Source: a virus (lineage: Duplodnaviria > Caudoviricetes). From it: DNA of 64,000 nucleotides. Numbering within the stretch: position 1 is the first letter of the stretch; every line of letters begins with the position of its first letter. Of the stretch, positions 27,660 through 36,825 are shown piece by piece. The notes under the pieces were generated by a model. The model saw only the letters and a list, made by a program, of their open reading frames with translations, had not been told where the DNA came from and did no database searches. The stretch is taken from positions 36,643-100,642 of the IMG/VR virus record IMGVR_UViG_2933073624_000001; one strand, 5' to 3'. The position numbers and the translations under genes are program-made.

Positions 27660-27876
27660 CCGCTCGTCCCCTCGGGGCCGCGACCGCCCACCGGTCGCGG
27701 CCCCTCCGGCGTTCTCAGGCCTTCAACGGCCCCAGCTCACTACCCTCCGCGCGGGCCGAACGAGGCGGCCACAGGCCCGTCCAGGGCCGCCGCCCGCCCG
27801 CCCCCACACTGATCACACAGAGTGGTGTATCATCACGACACGTGAGTGGCTGCCGGTAACGGCGTGGCCGGTCCCG

Positions 27877-27950
27877 GCGCTGGTGGTGCAATTGCAGCAC
27901 GCCCGACTTCCGGTCGGGAGGTCCAGGTGCAAGTCCTGGCCGGCGCTCCA
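27877..27950 (+). tRNA. tRNA-Gly(TCC), non-canonical D/T loops, encoded CCA
   Basis: acceptor GCGCTGG/CCGGCGC + T73 + CCA; D-stem GTGC/GCAC; anticodon arm CCCGA-CTTCCGG-TCGGG; T-arm CCAGG-TGCAAGT-CCTGG. Confidence 0.88.
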
Positions 27951-27953
27951 TGC

Positions 27954-27989
27954 AGAGCCCCCGGGGTGGTGAGCCCCCCGGGGGCTTTC
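27954..27989 (+). terminator. hairpin after tRNA
   Basis: AGAGCCCCCGGGG...CCCCGGGGGCTTT. Confidence 0.65.
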
Positions 27990-28119
27990 GTGTACCCCCG
28001 CCCCGTCACGCCTGACGGTAGTGATCCGAACACGCTGTGTGCCTGTTCGGCTACCATCCCCGCCGGTCAGCACCACGACCGCCCGTCCCGCCGTGACGAC
28101 CCCTTCAAGGAGCACGCCG

Positions 28120-29532
28120 ATGTTCCACGGCTCCATCCCATCCGATATGTGCCGCATCGTCCGCGAACACGTCTCCCTGTGGAACGACGTGACCGACGTC
28201 TACAACGTGTGCTGCGGGAACTTCACCGTCGAGAAGACCATCGCGTCCCTCGGGAAGAACCTGCACTCCTGCGACGTGCTGATGTACTCGACCGCCATCG
28301 GCCGGTACCTCGCCGGCGACCCGATGCCCCTGGTGTTCACCCCGACCGCCGAAGCCGAGTTCCCCTGGGCGATGGAGTACCACGAGACGCCCGCCCAGCA
28401 GCTCGCCACCATGCTCCTGTGCACCCGCCTCGCCCCGCTCATGGGCAAGAAGGAGACGCACGTCTACTGGTCGAAGATGCGCAAGGCGTACGAGCAGCAG
28501 TGGCCCGACCTCCACGCCAAGACCGTCGCCAAGGTCGAGGCGGCCGCCGAAGTCCTCAAGCTCGCCTCGTACTCCGCCGAGGACGCCCTGACGTGGGTCG
28601 ACAAGATCCCGCCCGGCGCCGGCGTCGTGTCGTACCCGCCGTTCCACGGCGCCGGGGCCGCGTTCGTCCGCGACTTCGCGAAGCTGGAGGAGATGTTCGA
28701 GTGGACTCCCCCCGAGTTCACGATCATGCAGGACCCCGAGCTGGAGTACCTGATCCAGCGGATCACCGACCGCGACCACTGGCTCCTGGGCACCAACGAG
28801 GAAGTCCCGGAGATGGCCGAGTTCCTGCGCGGCCGGACCCGCACCACGAACCGCGGCATCCCGATCTACGTCTACGCGAACTCCGGCCCCATGCGTCTGG
28901 TCGAGCCCCACCAGCGCACCGAAGCATGGCCCGGCCCCCACCTGGGCGACGAGGAGATCGGCGACAGCATCAGCCTCGCCGTCCTGTCCGGCGGCCAGTT
29001 CGCCGCCCTGCGCTCCGCCTACATGAACGCCAACATCCGGCCCGGCTCCGAATCCCTCGGCGTCGCCGTCCTGGTCGACAAGAAGCTCGTCGGCGTCTTC
29101 GCCTACTCGTGGGCCCCGACCCTGGGGAACTGGGGCGCGCACCTGCCGCAGCAGCCCACGGTCTACATGCTGTCCGACTTCCCGGTCTCCACCAGCCGCT
29201 ACGCCAAGCTGTCGAAGCTGATCGTCATGGCCGCCATCAGCCGCGAAGCCCAGCTCCTCACCTGGCGCCACGGCCACCGCCGATACCAGTCCCTGGCCAC
29301 CACGGCGTTCACGAAGCGCCCGGTGTCGATGAAGTACCGCGGCGTCCTCCGCCTCCTCAAGCGCGATCAGAAGGACGTGCTCAAGGAGGACTGGGCCAAG
29401 GGCATCGACCCGAACGACTCGTACTACGCCCAGCAGTACCAGCTCCAGTACGGAGCGCCCTTCTCCGGCAAGCCGCTCGCCGACGTGCTCCGCGAGTGGA
29501 AGAAGCGATACGGCAAGGACGTGAAGAAGTGA
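28120..29532 (+). CDS. putative DNA-modification protein: adenine-MTase-like N-terminus + GNAT/Mom-like C-terminus
   Basis: AAGGAG RBS; VYNVCCGNFT (motif I-like), SYPPF (motif IV-like); C-terminal VLVDKKLVGVFAY..YMLSDF..KLSKL..T.AFT..PVSMKYRG. Confidence 0.6.
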   Translation: MFHGSIPSDMCRIVREHVSLWNDVTDVYNVCCGNFTVEKTIASLGKNLHSCDVLMYSTAIGRYLAGDPMPLVFTPTAEAEFPWAMEYHETPAQQLATMLLCTRLAPLMGKKETHVYWSKMRKAYEQQWPDLHAKTVAKVEAAAEVLKLASYSAEDALTWVDKIPPGAGVVSYPPFHGAGAAFVRDFAKLEEMFEWTPPEFTIMQDPELEYLIQRITDRDHWLLGTNEEVPEMAEFLRGRTRTTNRGIPIYVYANSGPMRLVEPHQRTEAWPGPHLGDEEIGDSISLAVLSGGQFAALRSAYMNANIRPGSESLGVAVLVDKKLVGVFAYSWAPTLGNWGAHLPQQPTVYMLSDFPVSTSRYAKLSKLIVMAAISREAQLLTWRHGHRRYQSLATTAFTKRPVSMKYRGVLRLLKRDQKDVLKEDWAKGIDPNDSYYAQQYQLQYGAPFSGKPLADVLREWKKRYGKDVKK

Positions 29533-30425
29533 AGACCGACATCCGCACCGGCGACCCCCGCGGCCTCAAGCTCCTCGACCTCAACGCCCGGTTCATGCGA
29601 CACGAGCAGTTCCAGCAGCTCGTCGCGAACGTCCGCCGCGACCAGGCCCTCACCTCCACCCCGTTCGTCTGGCACGACACCGAGACCGGCGACCGCATCG
29701 TCCTGTCCGGGAACCACCGCACCAAGGCCGCCATCGAAGCCGGAATCGAAGAGATCACCTGGCTGGAGACCAGCGAACGACTCACCGAGTCCCAGCGCCT
29801 CGCCATCCAGCTCTCGCACAACTCCATCGCCGGCGAGGACGACGTCGCGATCCTCAAGACCCTGTACGAGAAGATTGACGACCTCGACCTGCGCCAGTAC
29901 GCCGGCCTCGACGACGCCACCCTGGAACTCCTCGCCGACCTCGACAGCCCCTCACTCGGCGAAGCCAACCTCAGCTTCCAGACCCTCGCGATCGTCTTCC
30001 TCCCCGACGACCTCAAGGAAGCCCAGGACGTCATCCGCGACGCCCTCGGCCTCGCCGCCTCCTCCGACGCCGTCTGGGTCGCCTCCCTCCGCCAGTACGA
30101 CCAGGCCATGGCCGCCCTCGACCTCGCCTCCAAGAGCGCCGACGTCACCAACGTCGCCACCGCCTTCGGCCTCATCCTGGAGTCCTTCAAAGACCACGCC
30201 GACGAGCTCGTCGACTCCTGGTTCGACCGCGACACCGGCGAACCCAAGCACCACGGCATGGCCCCCCTCCTCACCCTCTTCCACACCGACGCCATGCCCA
30301 CCAAGGGCGCCGCCATCGTCGAGAAGGCACTACAGCAGGCCGTAGCCCGAGGCGACGTCCCCGCCGAGCACCGCCACCGCGCCCTCGAACTGTGGGCACG
30401 CCAGTACCTCGACACCCCCGCCTGA
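29529..30425 (+). CDS. ParB/Srx N-terminal domain protein
   Basis: GTGA coupling; NARFM, VLSGNHRTKAA, QLSHNSIAG.DD. Confidence 0.8.
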   Translation: MKTDIRTGDPRGLKLLDLNARFMRHEQFQQLVANVRRDQALTSTPFVWHDTETGDRIVLSGNHRTKAAIEAGIEEITWLETSERLTESQRLAIQLSHNSIAGEDDVAILKTLYEKIDDLDLRQYAGLDDATLELLADLDSPSLGEANLSFQTLAIVFLPDDLKEAQDVIRDALGLAASSDAVWVASLRQYDQAMAALDLASKSADVTNVATAFGLILESFKDHADELVDSWFDRDTGEPKHHGMAPLLTLFHTDAMPTKGAAIVEKALQQAVARGDVPAEHRHRALELWARQYLDTPA

Positions 30426-30430
30426 CCGCC

Positions 30431-31069
30431 ATGAGCACCAACAAGCCCCCGATCACGCTCAGTCCAACACTCGACCCATGGGAGCCACAGGACGGCGAGA
30501 GCGCCCGAAGGCACGGCCAGTTCATCACCTACCGCGACATCGGCCGGACCCGGACGCTACAGAAGGCCGCCGAAGCGCTACAGATCCACCCGGTCAACGT
30601 CAGGAAGGCGGCGGCCCAGTTCCGGTGGCGGGAGCGCGCCGAGGCCTGGGACCGGCACCTGGACCGGCTGTACGAGGCGGCATGGGTCGAGGAGCGGCGG
30701 AAGGCGGCCGAGAGCGACGCCCGGATCCTGGGCGCGGTCGTCGGCAAGCTCGCCCAGCGGCTGGGCACGCTGAACGCCGCCGAGATGACGATCGGGGACT
30801 TCACCCGCATGCTCGACGTCGCCATGCGGCACCGCCGTGTCCTGTTCGGTGACCCCGAGGCGACGATCGCGGTCACCGGGCCCGGCGGGAACCCGCTCGC
30901 GGTCCAGCTGGCGGAGTTCGCGCAGATGCCGGCGGAGCAGCGGCGCGCGCGGATCGAGGACCTGGCGGCCGCCGTGCAACGCCGCACCCAGGCGCTGCAC
31001 GGCGGTGACGACGACGACGGTGAGGGCCCGGCCGACGGCCCGAACCGGGATGAGGACGACGTGCCGTAA
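30431..31069 (+). CDS. terminase small subunit-like HTH protein
   Basis: GES...F..YRD.G..R.L..AA, W.ERA.AWD; immediately upstream of terL. Confidence 0.65.
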   Translation: MSTNKPPITLSPTLDPWEPQDGESARRHGQFITYRDIGRTRTLQKAAEALQIHPVNVRKAAAQFRWRERAEAWDRHLDRLYEAAWVEERRKAAESDARILGAVVGKLAQRLGTLNAAEMTIGDFTRMLDVAMRHRRVLFGDPEATIAVTGPGGNPLAVQLAEFAQMPAEQRRARIEDLAAAVQRRTQALHGGDDDDGEGPADGPNRDEDDVP

Positions 31070-32652
31070 TGAGCGCAGTGCTGACCGCCGAGGACCTGGC
31101 GCACTACGACGACGCCGAGGTGTACCAGCGGCTCGCCGCCGCGAAGGCGGCGCTGGCCCGCGACCTGCTGTGTGATCCGCTCACCCTGGCTCTGGGCCTG
31201 GACCGGACCTATCGGCTGCGCCCGCACCTGCGGGTGATCGGCAATGCCCTGGTGGGCCTGTCGAACGGCGAGTACGACCGGCTGATGGTGTGGACGCCGT
31301 CGCAGGTCGGGAAGTCGTCCCTGGCGGCCGAGTGGTTCCCGTTCTGGTGGCTGTGCCTGCACGGCGATGACCGGGTCGCGGTGACGTCGTACAGCGACGA
31401 CCTGGCCATGCGGCGCGGTAAGACGATCCGCCGGTACATCAACGAGTACGGCGCGGAGTACGACCTGGAGCTCCTCGCCGGCTCGGCGGCCGCGCAGGAC
31501 TACGACACCACCGCGGGCGGCGGCGTGCGGTCGGTGTCGATCGGGTCCGGCCTGACCGGCTTCGACGTGAACGTTCTGGTGGTGGACGACCCGCACAAGG
31601 ACCGTGGCGAGGCGGAGAGTCCCCGGCTGCGCGAGCACGTCCATGACTGGTGGTCGTCGGCCGCCCTCAAGCGGTTGCAGCCCGACCGGAACGCGGTGGT
31701 CGCGATGCAGACGCGCTGGCACCCGGACGACTTCTGCGGCCGGCGCCTGGCGGAGGAGGGACGCCTGGAGGAAGGCGGCCGGTGGAAGGTGGTCCACCTG
31801 CCTGCCATCGCGAACCCGTCGAAGTTCGGGCCCGACCCGATGGGCCGCCAGGACGGCGACCCGCTGACGCACCCGAAGATCCCCACGAGGCAGCGCAAGA
31901 AGCTCCTGGGGTGGTGGGCGGACGTGAAGAAGACGTCCACCGTCCGGGACTGGCACGCCATGGCCCAGGGCGACCCGCAGCCGTCCGAAGGCGCCCTGGT
32001 ATCCCGGGACCTGCTGCGCCTGATCCGGGACGGGGCGACGAAGGTCGAGCCGCAGAAGATCGCGGTCGCGATCGACCCGTCCGGCGGCGGCCGGGACACC
32101 GCGGGCGTTATCGGCGGCTTCCTCGGCGCCGACAAGCGGGTGTGGATCACGCACGACCGGTCTGCGGCGATGTCGTCGGCCGACTGGTCCCGGGCGGCCT
32201 GCATGCTGGCGTACGAGACGGACGCGGCGATCATCTACGTCGAGTGGAACTTCGGCCGGGACATGGCCGTCCTCGCCCTGGAAACGTCGTGGGAGACGCT
32301 CCAGCGCGAGGGCGCGATCCCCCCGGGGCACCTGATGCCGATGATCGACCCCGTACGGGCCAAGCAGGGCAAACTGCTGCGGGCGGAACCCGTCGCCCAG
32401 CAGATGGTCCAGGACCGGGTCCGGCTGCGCGGCGCGTTCCCGGACCTGGAGAACGAGTGGGCGACGTGGCAGCCGACCGACCCCGACAGCCCCGGCCGTA
32501 TCGACGCCTCCTGCATCCTCGTGTACGGCCTGATCCCCGAGGCCAACAAGGGCGCCATCGTCCACGCCCCGAAGCCGACCGCACCCCAGCCCGGCGGTAT
32601 GGCCCGGCCCGGTGGCGCGGCGGCGCTGTACGGCCGACGCATCGGGAAGTGA
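31069..32652 (+). CDS. terL: terminase large subunit
   Basis: PSQVGKS Walker A, VLVVDDPHKD Walker B, QTRWH.DD, AIDPS nuclease, SPGRIDA. Confidence 0.9.
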   Translation: MSAVLTAEDLAHYDDAEVYQRLAAAKAALARDLLCDPLTLALGLDRTYRLRPHLRVIGNALVGLSNGEYDRLMVWTPSQVGKSSLAAEWFPFWWLCLHGDDRVAVTSYSDDLAMRRGKTIRRYINEYGAEYDLELLAGSAAAQDYDTTAGGGVRSVSIGSGLTGFDVNVLVVDDPHKDRGEAESPRLREHVHDWWSSAALKRLQPDRNAVVAMQTRWHPDDFCGRRLAEEGRLEEGGRWKVVHLPAIANPSKFGPDPMGRQDGDPLTHPKIPTRQRKKLLGWWADVKKTSTVRDWHAMAQGDPQPSEGALVSRDLLRLIRDGATKVEPQKIAVAIDPSGGGRDTAGVIGGFLGADKRVWITHDRSAAMSSADWSRAACMLAYETDAAIIYVEWNFGRDMAVLALETSWETLQREGAIPPGHLMPMIDPVRAKQGKLLRAEPVAQQMVQDRVRLRGAFPDLENEWATWQPTDPDSPGRIDASCILVYGLIPEANKGAIVHAPKPTAPQPGGMARPGGAAALYGRRIGK

Positions 32653-33367
32653 GCTGCGCCACTCGCGAGGTACCCGAGAGGGCGGGGGATGGGCCAGATT
32701 CAGTCAACGTGTGATTGGTTGCCCCGGCCGATCTGCGCGGATCAAGCGGAAAGCCGCAGGTGAGAGGGGCTATAGGCCAGGTTGTAGAAAAGTTGGAGTG
32801 GGCCAACTTGCCTTGTCAGAGGCCCTGTTCATGGAATGGCGCAAGGAAACTCTGAACGGAGTTTAGGGAAGCCCCAAGCGCCTACTGTCGGCGAAGACGA
32901 CGAAGGCCGCCCCGGCAGGCGGCCTCCGGCTACGTCCGTTCCCGTACTCGCTCAAGCACCTTGGAAGGACATGCCCATGGAAGCACACAACCGCGGTGGC
33001 ATCCACGTCGGATGGACACGACCCACCGCGCGCGACTGCGTGGTGTCGCTGACCCTCGGATACCTGCTCTACCAGGAGCCGAGCGTCCCGTGGTGGGCCG
33101 CCGCCGGTGCGACGGTCGCCGCGATCGGGTGGATCCGCGTCACCCGAACTGTCTGAAACGGGCCCCCTGTCGCACCCAGCGGCAGGTGGTAACCGAGTTG
33201 TACGAGGCGGGCAGCCGGTACGCGGCACACTGGGCGCATGACTGACGCCTCCCACGACCCGATCGACGCGCACCTCGGCCAGAACCCCGAGGTGCGCCGC
33301 AAGGCCCTGCACGACCCACTAGGCCGTGTATCGAAAGTGGATCTTGGACTGTGAATGATCACGGTTC

Positions 33368-34243
33368 ATGGGTCGGGGAGATCTCACGGACGAGCAGTGG
33401 GCCGCGCTGGAACCGTTGTTGCCGAAGGGCACGAAGGCGGGCCGGCCGCCCGTCTGGTCTCGGCGGCGGTTGATCGACGGCATACGGTTTCGGGTCCGGA
33501 CCGGTGTTCCGTGGCGGGACGTGCCCGTCGAGTACGGGCCGTGGGGCCGGGTCTACGACTTGTTCCGCCGGTGGCAGCGGACCGGAACCTGGCACCGGAT
33601 CATGACCCGGCTGCAGTCCTTGGCCGACGCGAAGGGTGTGATCACGTGGGACCTGAGCGTCGACTCCACGGTCTGTCGTGCTCATCAGCACGCGGCTGGG
33701 GCCCGCAAGCAGGGGGGCCTGCAGAAGGAACCGCCGGGCGGTGTCTTCACCGAGCCCGATGATCACGGACTGGGTCGCTCGCGCGGCGGGTTCACCACCA
33801 AGTTGCACCTGGCTGTCGAGCAGGGTCAGAAGCCCATGTCGATCTTGATCACGGCCGGGCAGCGCGGGGACTCGCCGCAGTTCGAACCCGTGCTCAACAA
33901 GGTCCGAGTGCCCCGCATTGGGCCGGGTCGGCCGCGCGTCCGGCCCGATCGCGTGCGGGCTGACAAGGCGTACGCCTCCCGCAAGAACCGCGCCTACCTG
34001 CGGCGCCGCGGGATCCGCTGCACCATCCCGGACAAGGCCGACCAAGCACGCAACCGCCGAAAGCTCGGCTCCCAGGGCGGCCGGCCGCCGCACTTCGACC
34101 CGGTCGACTACCGCGAACGTCACGCGGTCGAGTGTGGGATCAACCGCCTCAAGAGGAACCGCGCCGTCGCCACGCGATACGACAAGCTCGCGGTCCGCTA
34201 CGAGGCGACCGTCCTCGTCGCGGCCATCAACGAGTGGCTGTGA
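33368..34243 (+). CDS. IS5-family (IS427-like) transposase
   Basis: DLTDEQW..LEPLLP, SVDST, GRSRGG.TTKLH, ADKAY, RYDKLA..Y. Confidence 0.95.
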   Translation: MGRGDLTDEQWAALEPLLPKGTKAGRPPVWSRRRLIDGIRFRVRTGVPWRDVPVEYGPWGRVYDLFRRWQRTGTWHRIMTRLQSLADAKGVITWDLSVDSTVCRAHQHAAGARKQGGLQKEPPGGVFTEPDDHGLGRSRGGFTTKLHLAVEQGQKPMSILITAGQRGDSPQFEPVLNKVRVPRIGPGRPRVRPDRVRADKAYASRKNRAYLRRRGIRCTIPDKADQARNRRKLGSQGGRPPHFDPVDYRERHAVECGINRLKRNRAVATRYDKLAVRYEATVLVAAINEWL

Positions 34244-34253
34244 CCGTTGGCCA

Positions 34254-34775
34254 TCACGCGGTGGGATCCACGTTCCACATCGCTGGCAGCTCGCTGCTGC
34301 AGAAGACGCAGACGAAGTCGTCCTCGCGCACGATGTTGTGCTCCTGGCAGTCGGGGCACCGCCGGAACACCACCTCGTGGGTGAAGGCGGAGGGCCGCCC
34401 AAGTTCTACGTCGTCCAAAGCGTGAGCGACTGCTGGCCAGGAGGTCACGTCCGGGCAGTATCCGGTGGACTGGTTGCTGACCTCGCCCACGGTCCACCGG
34501 TCTGCCTCACGCATGAAGCTGATTTCGCCGGCACTGAGAACCATGTCCCCACCAGCGCAGGCCACGTGCTCGCTTCGCCGCGGCGCCAGCCGAAGCACAC
34601 CATCCGTGCCGACCACGAAGGTGAACGGTTCGGTCAGCTCTGCTGCCGATCGCTCAGTGATCCAACCGTCGAAGTCAGCCGCCGAGCGGATCGGGCACCC
34701 GCCGCTGCCAGGCCGGACCACAGCCTTCAGCTCCACCGGCCCGACGTATCGGTAACTCCGCCCCCGCGCACTCAC
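34254..34775 (-). CDS. IS passenger hypothetical protein
   Basis: SEHVACAGG..VLSAGE...SNQSTGYCP plus C-terminal CxxC...CxxC. Confidence 0.75.
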   Translation of the reverse strand: MSARGRSYRYVGPVELKAVVRPGSGGCPIRSAADFDGWITERSAAELTEPFTFVVGTDGVLRLAPRRSEHVACAGGDMVLSAGEISFMREADRWTVGEVSNQSTGYCPDVTSWPAVAHALDDVELGRPSAFTHEVVFRRCPDCQEHNIVREDDFVCVFCSSELPAMWNVDPTA

Positions 34776-35093
34776 AGCAGCCAACCTAAAGCACTTCCGA
34801 CACACGCCCTAGTCGCTGCCGGCGTCCACCAGCTCCGGACCGTCCTGGAACAGCTCGACAGGCTGCTCGTTGCCGAGGGCCTGGACGAGGAGGCGCGGCA
34901 GCGGGTCAAGACCGGTCTCGCGGCCGACTCTCTCGGTACGGACGCGGACCTGGCCCGGCAGCGCGAGCAGGAAACCCTCGCCGCCGGCCTCGCCCAGCCG
35001 GTGACGTGGGAAGGGCTGGACCAACGGCCGTAACGTCAACGACGCGGCCCGGAAGGTTGACCGGACCGCGCCCGCGCCCGGCACACTGACCGC

Positions 35094-35348
35094 ATGAAGC
35101 TGCCACGCGTCCACTGCGAGAAGTGCGACCGGCCGATCGCCGCCGGACCGGTCGCCGGGCGCCTGAGCAAAGGCCGGCTCTGGCGCCACGACCCGCCGAA
35201 CATGCGCGAGCTCCACCCGGGCGAGCTGGTCTCCTGCGCCGGGTCCCTGGCGATCGTGGACCTGCCCGTCGGGCAGATGGAACTCGTCAGCGACGACGAC
35301 CTCGAGCGCGCCAGCGAACCAGACGACGAGCAGCCGGGTCTGTTCTAA
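35094..35348 (+). CDS. small Zn-binding protein
   Basis: leaderless CACACT-N6-ATG; CEKC...H...C. Confidence 0.7.
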   Translation: MKLPRVHCEKCDRPIAAGPVAGRLSKGRLWRHDPPNMRELHPGELVSCAGSLAIVDLPVGQMELVSDDDLERASEPDDEQPGLF

Positions 35349-35370
35349 CCTTGTCCTCCGGGTTGTCGCC

Positions 35371-36474
35371 TTACCCGCTGTACTTCTGCCGGACTTCCAA
35401 GACAGAGCGTTCTGCGGGGGACAGGTTGAGCAGCAACAGAAGCCCTTGCTGCATGGCTACTTCGACGTCGGCAGGTTCGATTCTGCTCGCGGACTCCACC
35501 CGTAGTGCTACTGGAAGCCGATCATTCTGCATACCGATCAGGATCGGCACTCGCAGCCAGCAAGAGACGAACCCCGGGCTCAAGGAGGAGTCGGAAGGCA
35601 CACCAGTCGCAAGGATTCGTGCCGTTGCGGTACACCAGGTGTCGCCGTTGATCGTGAACGCCTTCACGTCAGCGATGGCCGTCACCTCCACAACGGGCGG
35701 GATGAGCCACGTTCGCAGCCACGTCCAGTCGAGAGCATCGCCGTAGAGCCCGTGAACGCGGGAAACCTCGACTCCCTTGCTGGCGCCGTCGCCCATGAGC
35801 AGTGCGATCTGCTGGCCCAGTTCGCTTTCAGGCTCCCGCTCTCGGATGACGCGCATCACCTCATCCGGGTCCACCTCGACTTCGCGCGTGAAGCGCTCGA
35901 CGACCTGATCGAGCGAGGTGAGGTGCACGAAGCGGCCGTCGAGGTCTTCGATGTCCTCGGCCATCGGGTACTCGTACACGCTGCCGTCGCCGAAGTCCTT
36001 GGTATTAGAGCTGACGAAGTAGACCGTCTCGTCCGGGTTGGCCGCCGCGTACTCCACGGCCGACAGCCAGATCGCCGCGTCCCGGCCGCCGGTCTTGCCC
36101 TGCTTCTCGCTCCGGGCCGGCGGCAGGTTGCTCACCTCGCGGATCATCGCCTGTCGAAGCGCCTCTTCGCTGGTCGGGATCGTCCCGACGAAGTCCGTGT
36201 ACTTCTTGCGCCAGTAGTCCCGGACCTCTTCCGGCGCGCACGCCTCCAGCATCACGTTTGTCTGCCAGGGGGTGACGTTGTTCAGGGAGTCGAGGGCTTG
36301 AGCTGCGGCAGCGTGCTGCTTGAGGTACTTCTCCACCTGCTGTCCTGCGAGCTCCTCGACCACCATCCAGGGGGCGGCGACTCCCACGCCGGATTCCCTG
36401 ATGGCCCGAAGGAGATCGGCGCTGCTGCTCTCCAGGCCGCAGCCGCGCAGGATGCACGAATCGAAGATGATCAA
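35371..36474 (-). CDS. PIN-domain protein (DUF4935-like), moron
   Basis: IIFDSCIL, VVEEL, RDAAIWLS, FVSSNTKDF. Confidence 0.8.
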   Translation of the reverse strand: MIIFDSCILRGCGLESSSADLLRAIRESGVGVAAPWMVVEELAGQQVEKYLKQHAAAAQALDSLNNVTPWQTNVMLEACAPEEVRDYWRKKYTDFVGTIPTSEEALRQAMIREVSNLPPARSEKQGKTGGRDAAIWLSAVEYAAANPDETVYFVSSNTKDFGDGSVYEYPMAEDIEDLDGRFVHLTSLDQVVERFTREVEVDPDEVMRVIREREPESELGQQIALLMGDGASKGVEVSRVHGLYGDALDWTWLRTWLIPPVVEVTAIADVKAFTINGDTWCTATARILATGVPSDSSLSPGFVSCWLRVPILIGMQNDRLPVALRVESASRIEPADVEVAMQQGLLLLLNLSPAERSVLEVRQKYSG

Positions 36475-36825
36475 CTGTAGGACCTCGCCCCCCCTGGTTC
36501 CGCCTTGGACGAGATCAGCTTCTCAGGAACTGATCACTGGACGCACAAGGATTCCGTGCGAGCAGTCCCGAACCTCGTGAAGTGCGTTCCGGGGGAGCGG
36601 CGGCCGCGAGGTGCGTACTCCCGCGCCGTCCGGACGCTGCATCGGCATGACCGCCGCGCCCCGGCCCGGCGCCCTCCCCGGCCTGCCGCCAGCAGGAGGG
36701 CACCGTCACGGCCTCTGAGGTGACCGCCCGCCCACGATAGCCGGGGCGGTCAGTGGATTTCCAAGGGGCGATCTGAGGTGCCTTGGAGAGGAAGATCTCT
36801 GAGCTCGATTAGGGGTTAGCGCAAT

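Larger units (their letters stand above)
33319..34812 (+). mobile_element. IS5-family element with passenger gene, CTAG flanks
   Basis: ends CTAGGCCGTGTATCGAAAGTG / CACTTCCGACACACGCCCTAG form an imperfect IR. Confidence 0.88.
33238..35033 (+). pseudogene. 101-aa ORF split by IS insertion (33238-33322 + 34813-35033)
   Basis: removing the IS and one CTAG restores ...HDPL/VAAGVHQLR... in frame. Confidence 0.8.

Noticed and set aside
27877-27950. tRNA as a host integration site (att)
   Set aside because: No integrase or duplicated 3' end in the window, it lies mid-element, and its loops are unlike normal host tRNA-Gly
27846-30425. 859-aa ORF
   Set aside because: Runs across the tRNA and out of frame over the 28120 gene; only 29529 onward is a plausible ParB-N protein
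32836-33156. Possible small membrane ORF after terL
   Set aside because: Start uncertain and no recognisable motif; not called
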